Part shown: positions 48,946 through 60,910 of the stretch, one piece after another
Layout: each line of letters begins with the position of its first letter
Position numbering within the stretch: position 1 is the first letter of the stretch
Assembly (NCBI GenBank): GCA_964036045.1
Contig: OZ038378.1
Span: 18,290,001-18,354,000, forward strand
Source: Eutreptiella sp. 'Long Island Sound 2002'
Lineage: Eukaryota > Protista > Euglenida
Length of the DNA stretch: 64,000 nt
Direction of reading: 5' to 3'
Made by a program: the position numbers and the translations under genes
The notes under the pieces: generated by a model
Told to the model about the DNA's origin: nothing
What the model saw: the letters and a program-made list of their open reading frames with translations, nothing else
The model's database searches: none

Positions 48946-51199
48946 CTACGGCTCCCAACAAGCAGCAAAGCACGCTGTACGTCAGGCCTGTGAGCAACTA
49001 CCCTGTAACTGCCAGAAAATGCGCCATAAATACCCAGGCCTGCTGCAACCAGGCCAAGACCATGTGGTCATCCGCACAAAGGAACAGTGGTGTCAACTTC
49101 TGAACCCACTGGAGGTGGCCTGCATCACCCAAAATGCCCGTAACACGACGCTACCCGACGACGAGTTCGTTGAGCAATGTATAGCCCGCCTGCGTGATGC
49201 ATGCTCGCCTTTCACACACACGCACGGCAGTGACCTGCTGCAGGCAGAGTCCATAAAGCGCACAATCCATCAGTCCAATGCTCAGCACATTTCCAAGTAC
49301 CCCTGGTACGACGCATCTGTTTTTGCCTCCATTAACGACACACTGTCCGCGCTCCACGTACAGACTGCAATCTGGGATAAGGCGCCATGCAACATACACG
49401 GCACGTGCACTGTACATTATCAGCGGGCTCTGGCCACCTTGACTGTCACTGACCCAAATTTCAGCATTGTAGCTGTGGAAACAGTACCTGGAGGGGCAAA
49501 CCGCCTGGTGATTGATCAGGTCATCCAGTCAGCAGACAGGGCAGGGGTATTACGCCTGGGGAAACGTGTGGGGCTGTGGCCTAAGTCACTCGATACACCC
49601 GCAAAATTGAATGCACACGTACGGAAAAATGTGACGGCGCGCACCTGGCGTGCGCCCACAGCTTTCCACCTCCTTAAGTGGAAGACCAATGAAAAGCTGT
49701 CCGATTGGAAGTGGCGCCTCGTAGTGAGTCATGCTCGCCACCCGCTGCGACGCCTGTCTAAGCTTGTTGGCAGAGGACTAACCCTCCTGCTCCAGGAGTT
49801 GCATGCAGTGTTTCCCTACTGGGGCTGCCCGACGATGCGAGGGGTCAGGGATGTGTGGAAGCACCTGCAGCAGGACAGACCGAAGGTGCTGGACCTTTGG
49901 GAGCGTGATATCGACAATGCGTATTGGGAGTTAAATAAAAAACGCGTGTTAGAAGCGGTGCGCACGGCAGGGGCCCTGGTGAAACAACGACGACGTGTAC
50001 GCGGCACGCTGAGTTTCTCCATTGCGAAAGGCGGATGCAAGGCCCTGGACCGGGTGGGTGAATCGACAACGCGCAACTACAGGGTGCTAACCCTGGAGGA
50101 CCTTGTCATGTTTGTTGACTGGGACCTGAACCAAAATACCCTCTTTGAGGTATGGGGTGTTGCACTCCGCCAAGCGAAACGCGGCGTGCCCATTGGAGGC
50201 TTTCTCAGCGCACAGTTGATGTGCCTGTGGGCCCTGGTACAGGAGAATACGTTTTTCAGTGATCCAACGAAGGAAAAACTGATCAGCGCAGTGCGCACCC
50301 AATGGCCCAGGCAGTGGGAACCTGTTTCTGTGAAGCCTGGTCCGCAGCTCACGTTTCCCTCCGTGGCCTGGGTGCCGCGGGACATTTCAGTTTTGCACAC
50401 ACACGGTATGCACGGCTGGTTTCAGCCAGAGGCACGCCTGCTGTTCACCTTGATGTTGCAGGGCCACCAGATCAAGTTTTATGCCATGAATTTGTGGGAT
50501 AGCCATCCGCTGGGGAGGACAGGGAAGATCGTTGATCAGTCGATACCCAAACAGCAGTTTTTCTTGCGCGGGTATTTTGCCAACTTGAATATCACACAGT
50601 GCATGCTCGCCGACATGCGTGGCGATGGTACAGTGAATGAAGAACAGTCTGTTCTGCTCACACGGTACATGGACAACATGTACCAGGCAGTGTGCAATGT
50701 CCCTACACACATACACGCGCGCCTCAAACGCTTTCTGGAGATCTTACAACATGTGGTGTATAATATAAAGATGAAGTGGGAACCTGAAGGTTTGTCTGTG
50801 GACTGGTGCGATGCACGCCTGCACTCCAATCCAAAGCTGGACCTGACCATCAAGGGTGTGCCCATTGGGGATGGTATAGCCCCCGTGGTACACTTATGGG
50901 CACGTTGGCCCGATGTGTGCTCACAAAACTGTCCCACGGTCTTGCAGTCTATGTTACCCTCCCTAACCAACAAATCCTGCGAGCTGGCAGGGTCCACGCA
51001 TGCCATCAGGTGCAATATACGTGCTGTCATTCAGGGCTGTGGATATAAGGGATACCCTTGGAAATGGTGGTGGCAACCAATGCGGGCGCGCCTCCAAAGG
51101 TTGAACCTCCAACACCATGTACCCTTATGCCAAGTGAAACAATGGTACAAGCAAGGATCCAGCTGGGCGGGCAGGGTGGGTCATTCACTGCATGCATAA
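48935..51199 (+). CDS. Penelope-type reverse transcriptase (open frame, YMDN at motif C)
   Basis: ERDIDNAYWEL (A), QAKRGVPIGGFLSAQL (B'), TRYMDN (C), VDWCD, KGYPWKWW; stop at 51199. Confidence 0.85.
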   Translation, partial: KLPTYGSQQAAKHAVRQACEQLPCNCQKMRHKYPGLLQPGQDHVVIRTKEQWCQLLNPLEVACITQNARNTTLPDDEFVEQCIARLRDACSPFTHTHGSDLLQAESIKRTIHQSNAQHISKYPWYDASVFASINDTLSALHVQTAIWDKAPCNIHGTCTVHYQRALATLTVTDPNFSIVAVETVPGGANRLVIDQVIQSADRAGVLRLGKRVGLWPKSLDTPAKLNAHVRKNVTARTWRAPTAFHLLKWKTNEKLSDWKWRLVVSHARHPLRRLSKLVGRGLTLLLQELHAVFPYWGCPTMRGVRDVWKHLQQDRPKVLDLWERDIDNAYWELNKKRVLEAVRTAGALVKQRRRVRGTLSFSIAKGGCKALDRVGESTTRNYRVLTLEDLVMFVDWDLNQNTLFEVWGVALRQAKRGVPIGGFLSAQLMCLWALVQENTFFSDPTKEKLISAVRTQWPRQWEPVSVKPGPQLTFPSVAWVPRDISVLHTHGMHGWFQPEARLLFTLMLQGHQIKFYAMNLWDSHPLGRTGKIVDQSIPKQQFFLRGYFANLNITQCMLADMRGDGTVNEEQSVLLTRYMDNMYQAVCNVPTHIHARLKRFLEILQHVVYNIKMKWEPEGLSVDWCDARLHSNPKLDLTIKGVPIGDGIAPVVHLWARWPDVCSQNCPTVLQSMLPSLTNKSCELAGSTHAIRCNIRAVIQGCGYKGYPWKWWWQPMRARLQRLNLQHHVPLCQVKQWYKQGSSWAGRVGHSLHA

Positions 51200-51292
51200 T
51201 CAACAGCGTGGTAGGAACACGAGCATGGACGAAAATCGAGTCACATTAATTGTTTGTGGACAGATTCCCATGATCTTCTGAGCTGCTGAGCC
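48935..51292 (+). mobile_element. Second Penelope-like retroelement, 5'-truncated, inserted antisense into the minus-strand gene
   Basis: Homologous to the first element (CNC/CPC...HVVIR/HAVFR, DKAP, KWK/KHK, KGYP..WW). Candidate 7-bp TSD CTGCTCG at 48928-48934 and 51293-51299 (weak). Confidence 0.8.
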
Positions 51293-51332
51293 CTGCTCGC
51301 TTGCTTCGCATTGTGTTGTACATAGCGCGTAC

Positions 51333-51713
51333 CTGTGGCTGTGCCAGTTGTTGTTGTTGTTGCTGCTGTTGCTGGGCCATCTGCACCCGCTGCTGCTGCT
51401 GGAGCAGCTGCAGTGTTGCCTGCTGCACGGCTGCCTGCTGTTGGAGCTGCTGCTGCTGCACTTGCTGCTGCTGCGGCTGCTCCTCGTCCTTGACCGCCGT
51501 GGTTTTGACTTTGGCGCCGGTTGCAATTGCCCTTGCGGCACTGGCTCCTCTTTTGGCTGACCCCCGCATCAAACTGGCACCCGCACTTCTCACCGAGGCG
51601 CACTCGTTCTTGAAGGCCATTGCCCCCGCGTCGGTCGCGTTGATGAAGCTCGGTGGGTCCTTGTTGAAGTAGAAGTGGTGGACGGTCTTTGCGGTGGCAC
51701 CCGGAGGCGTGTG
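51333..51713 (-). pseudogene. Middle part of the decayed minus-strand gene (HTPPG...polyQ)
   Basis: Joins 63425 in frame once the 51714-63424 insertion and one TSD copy are removed (GYVRT|HTPPGATAK). Confidence 0.65.
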
Positions 51714-52100
51714 TGGGATGCAGCGTTCTAGGGCGTGGTGCGGAACCCCCCCAATTTTTGGTGTTGTTAATATGGTTGGAACCCGGAATTTCACATGTTA
51801 CATGGGTGCACTATGATGCAACAATGTGCCTTCCATGTTTCGTTTGCTCGATATTGCCCGTTTTGCACTTTTTGCGATTTGATCTTTGTGTGCTCTAACT
51901 AGTTATCGCAGGGTTAGAACGGGGTTAGAGCACTAGTTATCGCGTGGGTTATCGCGCGATAACCTAGTTATCGCGGGGGTTATCGCGGGGGTTATCGCGC
52001 GATAACCTAGTTATCGCGTGGGTTATCGCGTGGGTTATCGCGCTTCATTTTATGTTTCCCCTTTTCGCTGTAGCTCTCAAAGCTTTCATATTCTTTGATA

Positions 52101-54221
52101 ATGGCCCTTGCTGCTGCCCACGCTTGGTGCGAGCACCATCAAAAGCTCCTTGGGGTCCGTCGCCTTGGCGGTCCTGAGGGGTTTACGATGGGTGATGCCA
52201 ATGTGAGGCGCCCTGTGGCGACCCGCTTTGAACATGGTGTGGACTTTGGACTCCTTGTCCATAAGTCCCCCTTCATGGCGGACAAGCGAGACCCCCTGGT
52301 TCTCAGCAACTACATCTTCGAGTTGCTAGAGGTAAATCCAGGGGTTGCTGGATTTTTGATCCAGCTTCATCCGGACGATGTGGACGCCGTGGTGGAGTCC
52401 GTCACCGCCCATGCCGAGAAGGGTGCGGGGACGAAGACGACCCTCTATGCGGGTCAGGAGGAGGAGGAGGAGGAAGTGGAGGAGGAGGAGGAGGATGCGG
52501 GGGGGGTGGGGGCTGGGGGGAGGAAGGAGAAGCCCCACAACCCCCTCATGATGAGTGTCCAGAAGGTAAGGATCCGACCGGGCAAGGGGAAGGGGAAGTC
52601 GGATGGTTGGTTCCTCCAACCCCTCACCCACAACACCCGCCGGGTCTGCACTGACGACCCCGAAAACAAGCTCCCCATGCACTCCCTTTGCCCCACAATG
52701 GAGTGGGAGCGTGAGTGGTATGGGATCACCACTCCCAACATTGTTTCGGGGCAGGGGGTGATTCTTTTTCCATTTGGGGCAACACCCCCCCTTATTGGGG
52801 AGGCGGAGGAGGTGGTTGCCGCCCAGCCCTTGGGGGCCTTTAATAGGGACCCCAATGACCTTGTGCTCACGGTGGGGGGAAAGCTGGTGGTCAACCACCT
52901 CCTGGAGCACGATTTTTTGAGTGATGTGCAGCTGCAAAGTCTTTTGGATGATTTGGATAGGGTGCCTCTCTCAGAGAAGGCACCCATTTTCAATGAGAAC
53001 CTCCCCATTGTCGGCAGGCCCCAAGATTCTGGGACCCGCCGTACATTGTATGGCAACTATGGGGGTGCCAACCACCACAGGCACAACCCCCACAAGCTCC
53101 ATGATCTGCCAGTCCTCAAAAGGGTGGCAGATCGTGTGCTTGAGACGGCGAAGAAGACTGTGGTGGGGGGGGTTGGATGGAGCTGCACCATCCTTGACAT
53201 GGCCGAAATTTCGAGCTATGACCACACCCCCCAGCACCTCCATCGCGACGCCCCCCCCTACACCATTCCTGAAGGCACATTGATTGTCAATTGCCTTATT
53301 ATGCTAACCCATAATCATGAGGAGGAGGATGGGTCACATTTTCTTTTGGTGCCCTCCAGCAGTTCGGGGTTCCCTGACCCTTGGGTGGAGAGGGCTGTGC
53401 CATTCAAGAGGGGCACTGCCTTTTTTTTTAATGCCCTTGATGTCCACAGGGGGTCGGGGATTCCCAAGGCCTCCCCCATGGGGGTAAGGGACCCCCGCCT
53501 CATGGCATTTTTTGCCATTGAGCTTACCCAGGGGGGGAATCTTCGATTCCCCAACCTGCACGTGACGCAGTCCATTAAGAGGCCCCAGCTGGGGGCACCT
53601 GCTGGCCGGGTGGCTAGGACAGTCCAGTGTGATGGGGCGGTTAGGTGTAGGGTGAAGGTGGTAGCCAATTGCTACGGATGCAATCGGCTGATTTTGTGCA
53701 CCGCCCACAAAGATGGCCTTTGTGTGCCATGCCAGGAGGGGGAGGAGGTGGAGGGGGGGGAGGAGGAGGAGGTGGTGGTGGACCCCAATGGGGTCAGCAT
53801 TGAGCAATCTGCTCAGTGCTTGCTCCCGGTGGGAACAACCACCGGGCATTTTTTGTTGTCGGGGTGGGGGATTGGGAGGGAGGTGATTGCCCCCCTCACT
53901 AATGAGGAGGCGGGGGCGGTCGCAGGCCACCCCGATCAGTGCCCCTTGGCCAAGGTGTGCCATGGGGAGGCACTGCCCTGGCCCACCTTGCAAGGGCATG
54001 TTGGGATGAAGGTGCCGGTGGGCACCATTTTGGTGGTGAGGAGGGGGTTGTATGGGGGAGTGGCAAGGGTGGCCCCTGAGGTGGAGGGGGTGGCCCAGGT
54101 GGTGGAGTGGCGGCAGGTGGGGGAGTATGCGGCCGTCACGGACTTCGTGTGGCTGCGGAGGCTGGGCCTGGTGCTGGACGACGCCAAGAAGGAGGGCCAA
54201 GGCATGTGTCCATGTCACCAG
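52101..54221 (+). CDS. Cargo gene exon 1: PhyH-like 2OG-Fe(II) oxygenase domain plus Cys/His cluster
   Basis: PQHLHRD...LLVPSS...GTAFFFNALDVHRG...DPRLMAFF (HxD...H...R); CDGAVRC...CYGC...CTAH...CVPC. ATG follows a ttttcgctgtAG acceptor (52072-52073); donor CAG|GTGTAA at 54222. Confidence 0.85.
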
Positions 54222-54463
54222 GTGTAAAAACTTCCCACAACACCCTGCTCTAACCCCTGCTCTAACTAGTTATCGCGCTAGGTTATCGCGTTCTAACTAG
54301 GTGCTCTAACTAGTTATCGCGCTAGGTTTTCGCGTTCTAACTAGTTATCGCGGAGTTATCGCGGGGGGTTATCGCGGGGGTTATCGCGCGATAACCTAGA
54401 TATCGCGGGGGTTATCGCGCGGGTTATCGCGTGTTTTTTTTTTGTTTTTTTTGTTTTTTTCAG

Positions 54464-54948
54464 GCTACCATCTTGCAGCTGCCCCGCATCTTCGTCAAGG
54501 ACGACGCCCAGGCAGCCGAGGCAGCAGGCGGAGCGGCAGAAGCAGCGGGGGCACGGCCCGCCAAGCCGGTGGCGGCCCGGTTGGAGCTGGAGGGGGAGAA
54601 GAGGCTGCCGGAGGGGGCGTCGTGGCGGTTTGGGGAGCCTGGGGACGAGGCCTGCAGGATGGGGGGGACGGGATGGTACCGGCAGGTCACCATCACAGAG
54701 AAGGAGGGGGGGGTGGAGAGGAAGACCAACCTCACCCTCCCCTCCTATGTGTGGGTTGGGGGGGAAACGGCCAAGTGGCCGCAAGCCGCAGAGGGGGAAA
54801 CGGTTGCGGCTTTTTTGTGTTTGTTTGGGATGAGCGACCCCCCCCAAAGGAAATCTTATTTCCTTTTGAGGGTGTGTTTTTTGTGGGAGGGGGAGTATAC
54901 GGGGAGGGAAGTGTGGCAGAAGCTGCACAGGGGGGGGGGCATCCACCA
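54464..54948 (+). CDS. Cargo gene exon 2, 5' part (ATILQLPRIF...GIH)
   Basis: Long T-tract plus AG at 54462-54463; phase 0 matches exon 1; interrupted at 54949 by a nested element. Confidence 0.78.
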
Positions 54949-56086
54949 TGTACCCTTCGTGAACCGGCCGTTTGAATCCGAGATTCACGGTACCGTGAAT
55001 TTCACCTATTTTTGCTGTGTTTTGCTCGTAACTTGGTGCTATCGTGTGCTTTTGTCGTGCTATCTTCGCCCAAAGTAAGATCCAACAAATGTGTGCAATT
55101 TACAGTTTTGAAGTAGCCGCATGGTTCAACACATTTGGTGAGATCACCGTGAATGTGAAATTCACGCACCCAAATTCACGCATAAATTCACGCTAGATTC
55201 ACAGATTCACAAGAATGTGAAATTCGCACGAATTTCGTACGAATTCGTACGAAATTCGTATGAATTTCGTACGAATTTCGTGCGAATTCGTACGAATCGG
55301 CCCCAATTTTGTCTTGTCACTGCTATTTGTTGCACACATTGGATATTGAACAATTCCTTTTGTAGATCCTTAGATACACGCTAGCACGCACAATTTTGTT
55401 CTAGCCTAAAACGACATCGCGAGGGCGTTCTAGCCTACAACATCTAGCTAGAACGTAGACTAGAACAGGAATCATTCTAGCCTAGATTTGTTCTACACTA
55501 GAACACACATAACAAATCAAACCATTATACACATTACATTTCTTATGCTTTGTTGCGTTGCTCACAAATTTGTTGGGAAGGGCATAGGTTATAGGTGATA
55601 GTGGATGCAGTGGTGGGGGGTCCATTCTGGTCAAACCATTGTTGCATTGCTCACACAGTTGTTGGGAAGGGCAAAGGTGATAGTTGCTAGTAGATGCATG
55701 AGGGTGGGGTGGGGGGGTCCATTGGGTCAAACCATAGGAGCGTAATCAACCACGTCTAGGGTTGGGAGGGGGGGGGGGGGGCAAGGAGACCCCCACTTAC
55801 ACCTGAGTGTCTGGGTGTGGGGTTAGGAGGGTGTCTTGCTTGTTGCAGTGCGGTTAAGGTTAGGGAGGGTACTCCTTTTCTCTTCACAGGTTTTTTCTAC
55901 GTGCGACCATGCACAAAATGCAGCAATGTGCAAGCAACCATGAAGACAAATTACAAACATGACACAGACAGCAACAAGCACACAGAGCAATCAACAGCGC
56001 AGACCAATCACCATATTATTTCTACGTGCGATTGGGTGCATCCAGACTGAGGTATGTTGCGTGTAGTTGTTTCGTGCTGCCACATA

Positions 56087-56141
<55 letters not shown>

Positions 56142-58144
56142 CCTCGGGAACTGTGGTGCATGAAATAAGGGGTGGCCCCCCAGTGATCGACCAGGGGGGG
56201 CGCCAGCCCCCCCGGGAGCTTCTTTGGATATTGCGGTACATGAAAGAAGGGGTGGCCCCCTCCTCCTGTGTGTGTGTGTGTGTGTGTGTTTGTGCGGTGT
56301 GTGTGTGTGTGTACATTGCTGGTGTGTTGTCTGCCTAGAGGGGCATTCCGCTTCGCTTCACAGGTGGACAATTTCAACGCTGATGGACCGATGGACACAG
56401 GTGTGTTTCCTTTTTTTTTTTTAAAAAAAAACAAAACAAACAAAGAAATGGACAAACGGTACAACACAGGGTTAGCCAAGGAAAACACAATGGGTGGGGC
56501 ATGTGTGGGGCATGCCTAGTGCAGTGCAATACGCACGTGGCCGACAAGATGGAGTAAATCCCCCAAGTGATCAGGGGGTCCCCCATGTGCGCAGGGGGTT
56601 TTTCAATGGGGACGACCCACGAATGAGTGGGGGGGCGTTGTCCCCAGGGGCCACATCTGTAAATCCCCCAAGTGTTCAGGGGGTCCCCCATGTGCAAAGG
56701 GGGTACTTTTGATTTCATACAACAACAACAACATGTGCGGTGTGTGTGTGTGTGTACATTGCTGCACTGTATGTGTGTGTGGGTGCCGGGGGGGCAGGTA
56801 TAGGGAAATGTGTGTGGGTGTGGGGACTCCGGTACATGCATAGGTGGTGTTGGTGTGGCTCTTCTGCCAGTGTCCTGCAAAAATGGTGCGAGATTCGTAC
56901 GAAGTTCGCACGAAATTCGTACGAAATTCGTGCGAATTTCGTACGAATTTCGTACGAATTTTGTGCGAATTTCGTACGAATTTCGTACGAATTTCGTCCC
57001 TCAATACGCGGTTGTTACGAATTTCGTACGAATTTCGTACGAAATTCGTACGAAGTTCAAACAATTTGCATGAATTTGTGTCATTTTTGTGTGTGTGTGG
57101 GTGTGCCTGGTCGGAGGGGTTGTTGTTTGTGTGGGCGTGGGTGCATGGTGTGTGCGTGCCTGGGTGATATGTGCATGCATTGGTGGTTCTTGGGTTCTTG
57201 GGTGGTTTTGTTGAATCATGTGGGACAATACTTTTGTGTTGTTTGTAGTTTGTGACTGTCTGTCGTTTGTGTTTGTTGCTGTCGAATGTCATTATGTGGG
57301 TTTAATGCCTGCTTTTCGACTGCGTTGGTATCGCTGTTTTGCTTGCTGCCTGTTGTGCTTCGTCTGTCTGCTGCTCCTCACTGGTGACTGGTGCTGATGA
57401 CCTGACTGTGTTGTTCTTCTGTGTTGTTGTTGTGTTGCTGTGCTGTGTGCTATGAGTGGGTGTGGATGGTTGGATGGGTGGCTGCCTGTTGTTGAATCAT
57501 GTGGGACAATACTTTTGTGCTGTTTGTAGTTTGTGACTGTCTGTCGTTTGTGTTTGTTGCTGCTGATTGTCATGATGTGTTTGTAATGCCTGCTTTTCGG
57601 CTGTGTTGGTACCGTTGTTTTGCTTGCTGCTTGTTGTGCTTCGTCTGTCTGCTGCTCCTCATTGGTGACTGTTGCTGATGACTTGACTGTGTTGTTCTTC
57701 TGTGTTGTTGTTGTGTTGCTGTGCTGTGTGATATGGGGTGACTGTGTTGTTCTTCTGTGTTGTTGTTGTGTTGCTGTGCTGTGTGCTATGGGCTGAGTGT
57801 GTTTGTTCTGCATAAAAATGATACAAATTCATGCAAATTGGTCGAAATTCGTACGAAATTCGTGCGAATTTCGTACGAAATTCGTAACAACCACATTCAC
57901 GGTACACTTTGGGGACGAATTTCGTACGAAATTCGCACGAAATTCGTACGAAATTCGTACGAAATTCGCACGAATTTCGTACGAATTTCGCACGAATTTC
58001 GTACGAATTTCGTGCGAAATTCGTGCGAATTTCGTACCATTTTTGCAGGACACTGGCAGAAGAGCCACACCAACACCACCTATGCAATAACGAAGTCCCC
58101 ACACCCACACACATTTCCCTGTACCTGCCCCCCCCCCCCGGCAC

Positions 58145-58179
<35 letters not shown>

Positions 58180-58511
58180 GACACACACACACACCCATGC
58201 ACAAACACACACATACCCTCAATGAAAGCAAACAGCCCCCCATGCACTCGACCCACACCCACACACTGCCCGCTCACACACCCTCATACGTACCTGGACA
58301 GTGGATGTGCCACGGTTAGATGTTTAGGGGGGGGGGGGGGTTCTGTGTGTGTGTGTGTGTATGTGTGTCTGCCTGTGTGTGTGGATGGGTTTCTGCAGAT
58401 GTGTGTGTGTGTGTGGGTGGGTGGGTCGTTGTGTCCATGTGTAGTTGGGTGTCCGGTTGTGTGTGTTTGTGTGTATGCGCGTGTTGGTGTGAGGTGCAGG
58501 AAGGGTGTGTA

Positions 58512-58547
<36 letters not shown>

Positions 58548-59547
58548 GCTTGTGCGTATATCTGGTTTGGTGCTCCTCACACCCTCACCCGCCCCACACA
58601 CAAAGGCGCACGCCCACACCCATAACCAAAAAGACAGTCATACACCCCCCCCCCCACACAGAGACACACACACACCCATGCACAAACACACACATACCCT
58701 CAATGAAAGCAAACAGCCCCCCACTCGACCCATACCCACACACTGCCCGCCCACACATCCTCATACGTACCTGGACAGTGGATGTGTGTGTGTGTGTGTG
58801 TGTGTTGATTGGTTTGTGCGCGTGGGTGCGTGTTTGTGTGTGGGTGTGTATCCATGGGTCCGTGGTTGTGTGTGTGGGTGTGTGGGTGTTGGTGTGAGGT
58901 TTGGGGCGGGTTTGTGTGCGTATGTGGTCGGGTGGCCCCCACATCCTCACACACACCAACACACAGACGCACGCCCGCACGTAGAAACAAACAGGAAGTC
59001 ACGCATCCACCCACATGCAAACCCAACCATACAACCATACACAAACCCACACAAACCCACACACCCCACACAAAGGCACACCCACACACATGTGCACATG
59101 TTGCCTGTAGCCAGGGTGCCTGCAGGGGTGTTTGGGGGGGAGGTACCCCGGGTGTTAGGACAAATGAGGGGGTGCACAAGGGTGAAATTGGTATGAATTC
59201 ACGTGAATTCACGTGAAATTCGTACGAAATTCGTACGAAATTCGTGCGAATTCGTGCGAATTTCGTACGAATTCACGTGAATTCACGGCCGTGAATCGGC
59301 TACAGGCTTGCCGGGTTCCGGCACCTCTCGTTTTGGGTACGGTTCGGACATGATGGATGCTTTTGGGGCGGGACTTTCATTGGATGATGCGTAACGAAGC
59401 TAGGGGAGGAATTTTGGTTCCTCAAATCCCTCGGAATGAACCAATAATATGGCATTTTCCCCCAAAAACCTCAAAATTTGGGTAAATTCACGTGAAATTC
59501 ACGCAATTATTCAAACGGCCACTTAACGGCCGTTCACGAAGGGTACA
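54949..59547. mobile_element. 4.6-kb non-coding TIR element nested in the cargo gene
   Basis: 16-bp perfect TIR TGTACCCTTCGTGAAC; 2-bp TSD CA (54947-54948, 59548-59549). Interior holds AATTCGTACG arrays (about 55148-55296, 56892-57056, 57845-58035, 59196-59293) and GT/CA microsatellites. Confidence 0.88.
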
Positions 59548-59549
59548 CA

Positions 59550-60274
59550 GGTTGGTGGGTATGACCCCCCCCCTTCTGTGGTGGACGCCACTGCCGATTG
59601 GGTTCGGCAGTATGCACCCAAGGGGGGAATGCCGCGAAAAGGCCAGACGAAGCGGGGACCAGACGTGGTGGTGGTTGAGCCGGATGCCCCCCCCTCCCCT
59701 TAGGGGTAAGGGCCAAACCCCCGCCCCCAAGCCCTCCCCCAAGCCATCGAAGGTGGCAAAGGTGGCGGCAGCCCAGCCCCCCCATGAGGCCCTGGACGTG
59801 GAGGCCTTGGGGGCCAGTGTGGCCACCCACGTGACGGACGCTTGCCAGGTTTTGGTGGAGCAGGCGGCCGCCACGGGGGTCGAGGCCGCACTGGCCAAGG
59901 GTCGGTCGGCCGACCACAAGTCGGCCTTGGCGAAGGCCGAAAAGGCCCAGGGCAACACCCAGCGTGCCCTGGACCAGGCCCTCAACCTCGCCGCCAAGAG
60001 GGGGGAGGAGGTGGAGGCGATGAGGGAGGCCCTGAGGGAGGCCCAGGAGGGGAGGCGGAAGGCGGAGGTGGAGGCGGCCCAGCTTAGGGTGGAGGTGGAG
60101 GGGCAGCGGAGGAGGGGGGATGACCTTGGGCAGCGCTTGGGGGTGGCTGAGGCGCAGGTGCGCAGCCTCACCTCCACCCTCTGTGCCTCCTTCGGGGCGC
60201 AGCAGGCCCAGCAGGGGCTGGCGCCGCAAGGGTTGCAGAGTCAGGGTAGCGGGGGTAGGAGTGGGAGCCAATGA
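59550..60274 (+). CDS. Cargo gene exon 2, 3' part: Pro-rich linker and coiled coil
   Basis: The empty site gives GIH-Q-VGGYDPPPSVVDATADW...; one 1-nt shift in the C-run near 59687-59694 links it to KVAKVAAAQ...EAMREALREAQEGRRKAEVE...SGSQ*. Confidence 0.7.
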
Positions 60275-60910
60275 CTAGTGGATTTGCTCAAGGGGTTGCC
60301 CAAGGGCATTTTTCGTGGGGAGGAGCGATATGGGGCCCAAGTGGACATGTGCCACTTTGGCCTTGTGGGAAGTGGAAACCCCAACCCCTCTAATTTTAGG
60401 GCGACTCACATGGCCGCTGCTACCGTCAGGCCTGCCCTCACCCCCTTGGTTGCAGACCTCAATGGGTATTGCACCTCCAATGCTCCACCATGGTTCACAT
60501 GGTGTAGCATCCAAATTGTTCGCCCCCAAGGGACGGACACCATGGGCCTCCACTCCCATTTGCGGGATGGGGCGCCCATGGCGCTTATTGTGTGTGTGGG
60601 GTCTTTCACGGGGGGTGAGTTTTGGGTGGAGAGTGGTGGCCTGCTGAATCCCTCCTTGAGGGAAAAAAAGCGGCACACGCGTGTGTGCAAGGGTAGGGCG
60701 GTGGAGGGTTGGGCATGCACCGCCACCCTTCAAGCCCTGGTGTTGTTCAACACCAGGGCACTACACGCTCCATTGCCATGGGAGGGCGAGCGATGGAGCG
60801 TGATTTTTTATAGTGCGGGGGGGGTTCTGCACTGCACGCCTGTGTGGCGGCAACAGCTGCTGTCCATGGGTTTTAGGGTGCCCAATGCTTCCTCTAACCC
60901 CTCCAGCTAG
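60275..60910 (+). CDS. TET/JBP-like 2OG-Fe(II) oxygenase domain, in frame after a single TGA
   Basis: WCSIQI...LHSHLRD...IVCVGSFTGGEFWVE...VLFNTRALHAPLPWEGERWSVIFY (double-stranded beta-helix pattern H...H...R.S). Family assignment is by motif recognition only. Confidence 0.72.
   Translation, partial: LVDLLKGLPKGIFRGEERYGAQVDMCHFGLVGSGNPNPSNFRATHMAAATVRPALTPLVADLNGYCTSNAPPWFTWCSIQIVRPQGTDTMGLHSHLRDGAPMALIVCVGSFTGGEFWVESGGLLNPSLREKKRHTRVCKGRAVEGWACTATLQALVLFNTRALHAPLPWEGERWSVIFYSAGGVLHCTPVWRQQLLSMGFRVPNASSNPSS

Noticed and set aside
52326-54218. Antisense ORFs overlapping the oxygenase exon
   Set aside because: Shadow frames of a GC-rich coding strand, with no motifs.
56603-59216. Long ORFs such as RTKFVRNSYE... 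and CVCV/HTHT
   Set aside because: They are translations of micro-repeats and microsatellites.
55148-59293. AATTCGTACG arrays (and other palindromic arrays) as CRISPR
   Set aside because: No constant repeat with unique spacers, no cas genes, eukaryotic context.
27611-60274. Stop-codon reassignment to explain three lone in-frame stops
   Set aside because: TAA, TAG and TGA all end genuine ORFs in this window (24985, 6263, 63042); point mutation or local readthrough is enough.
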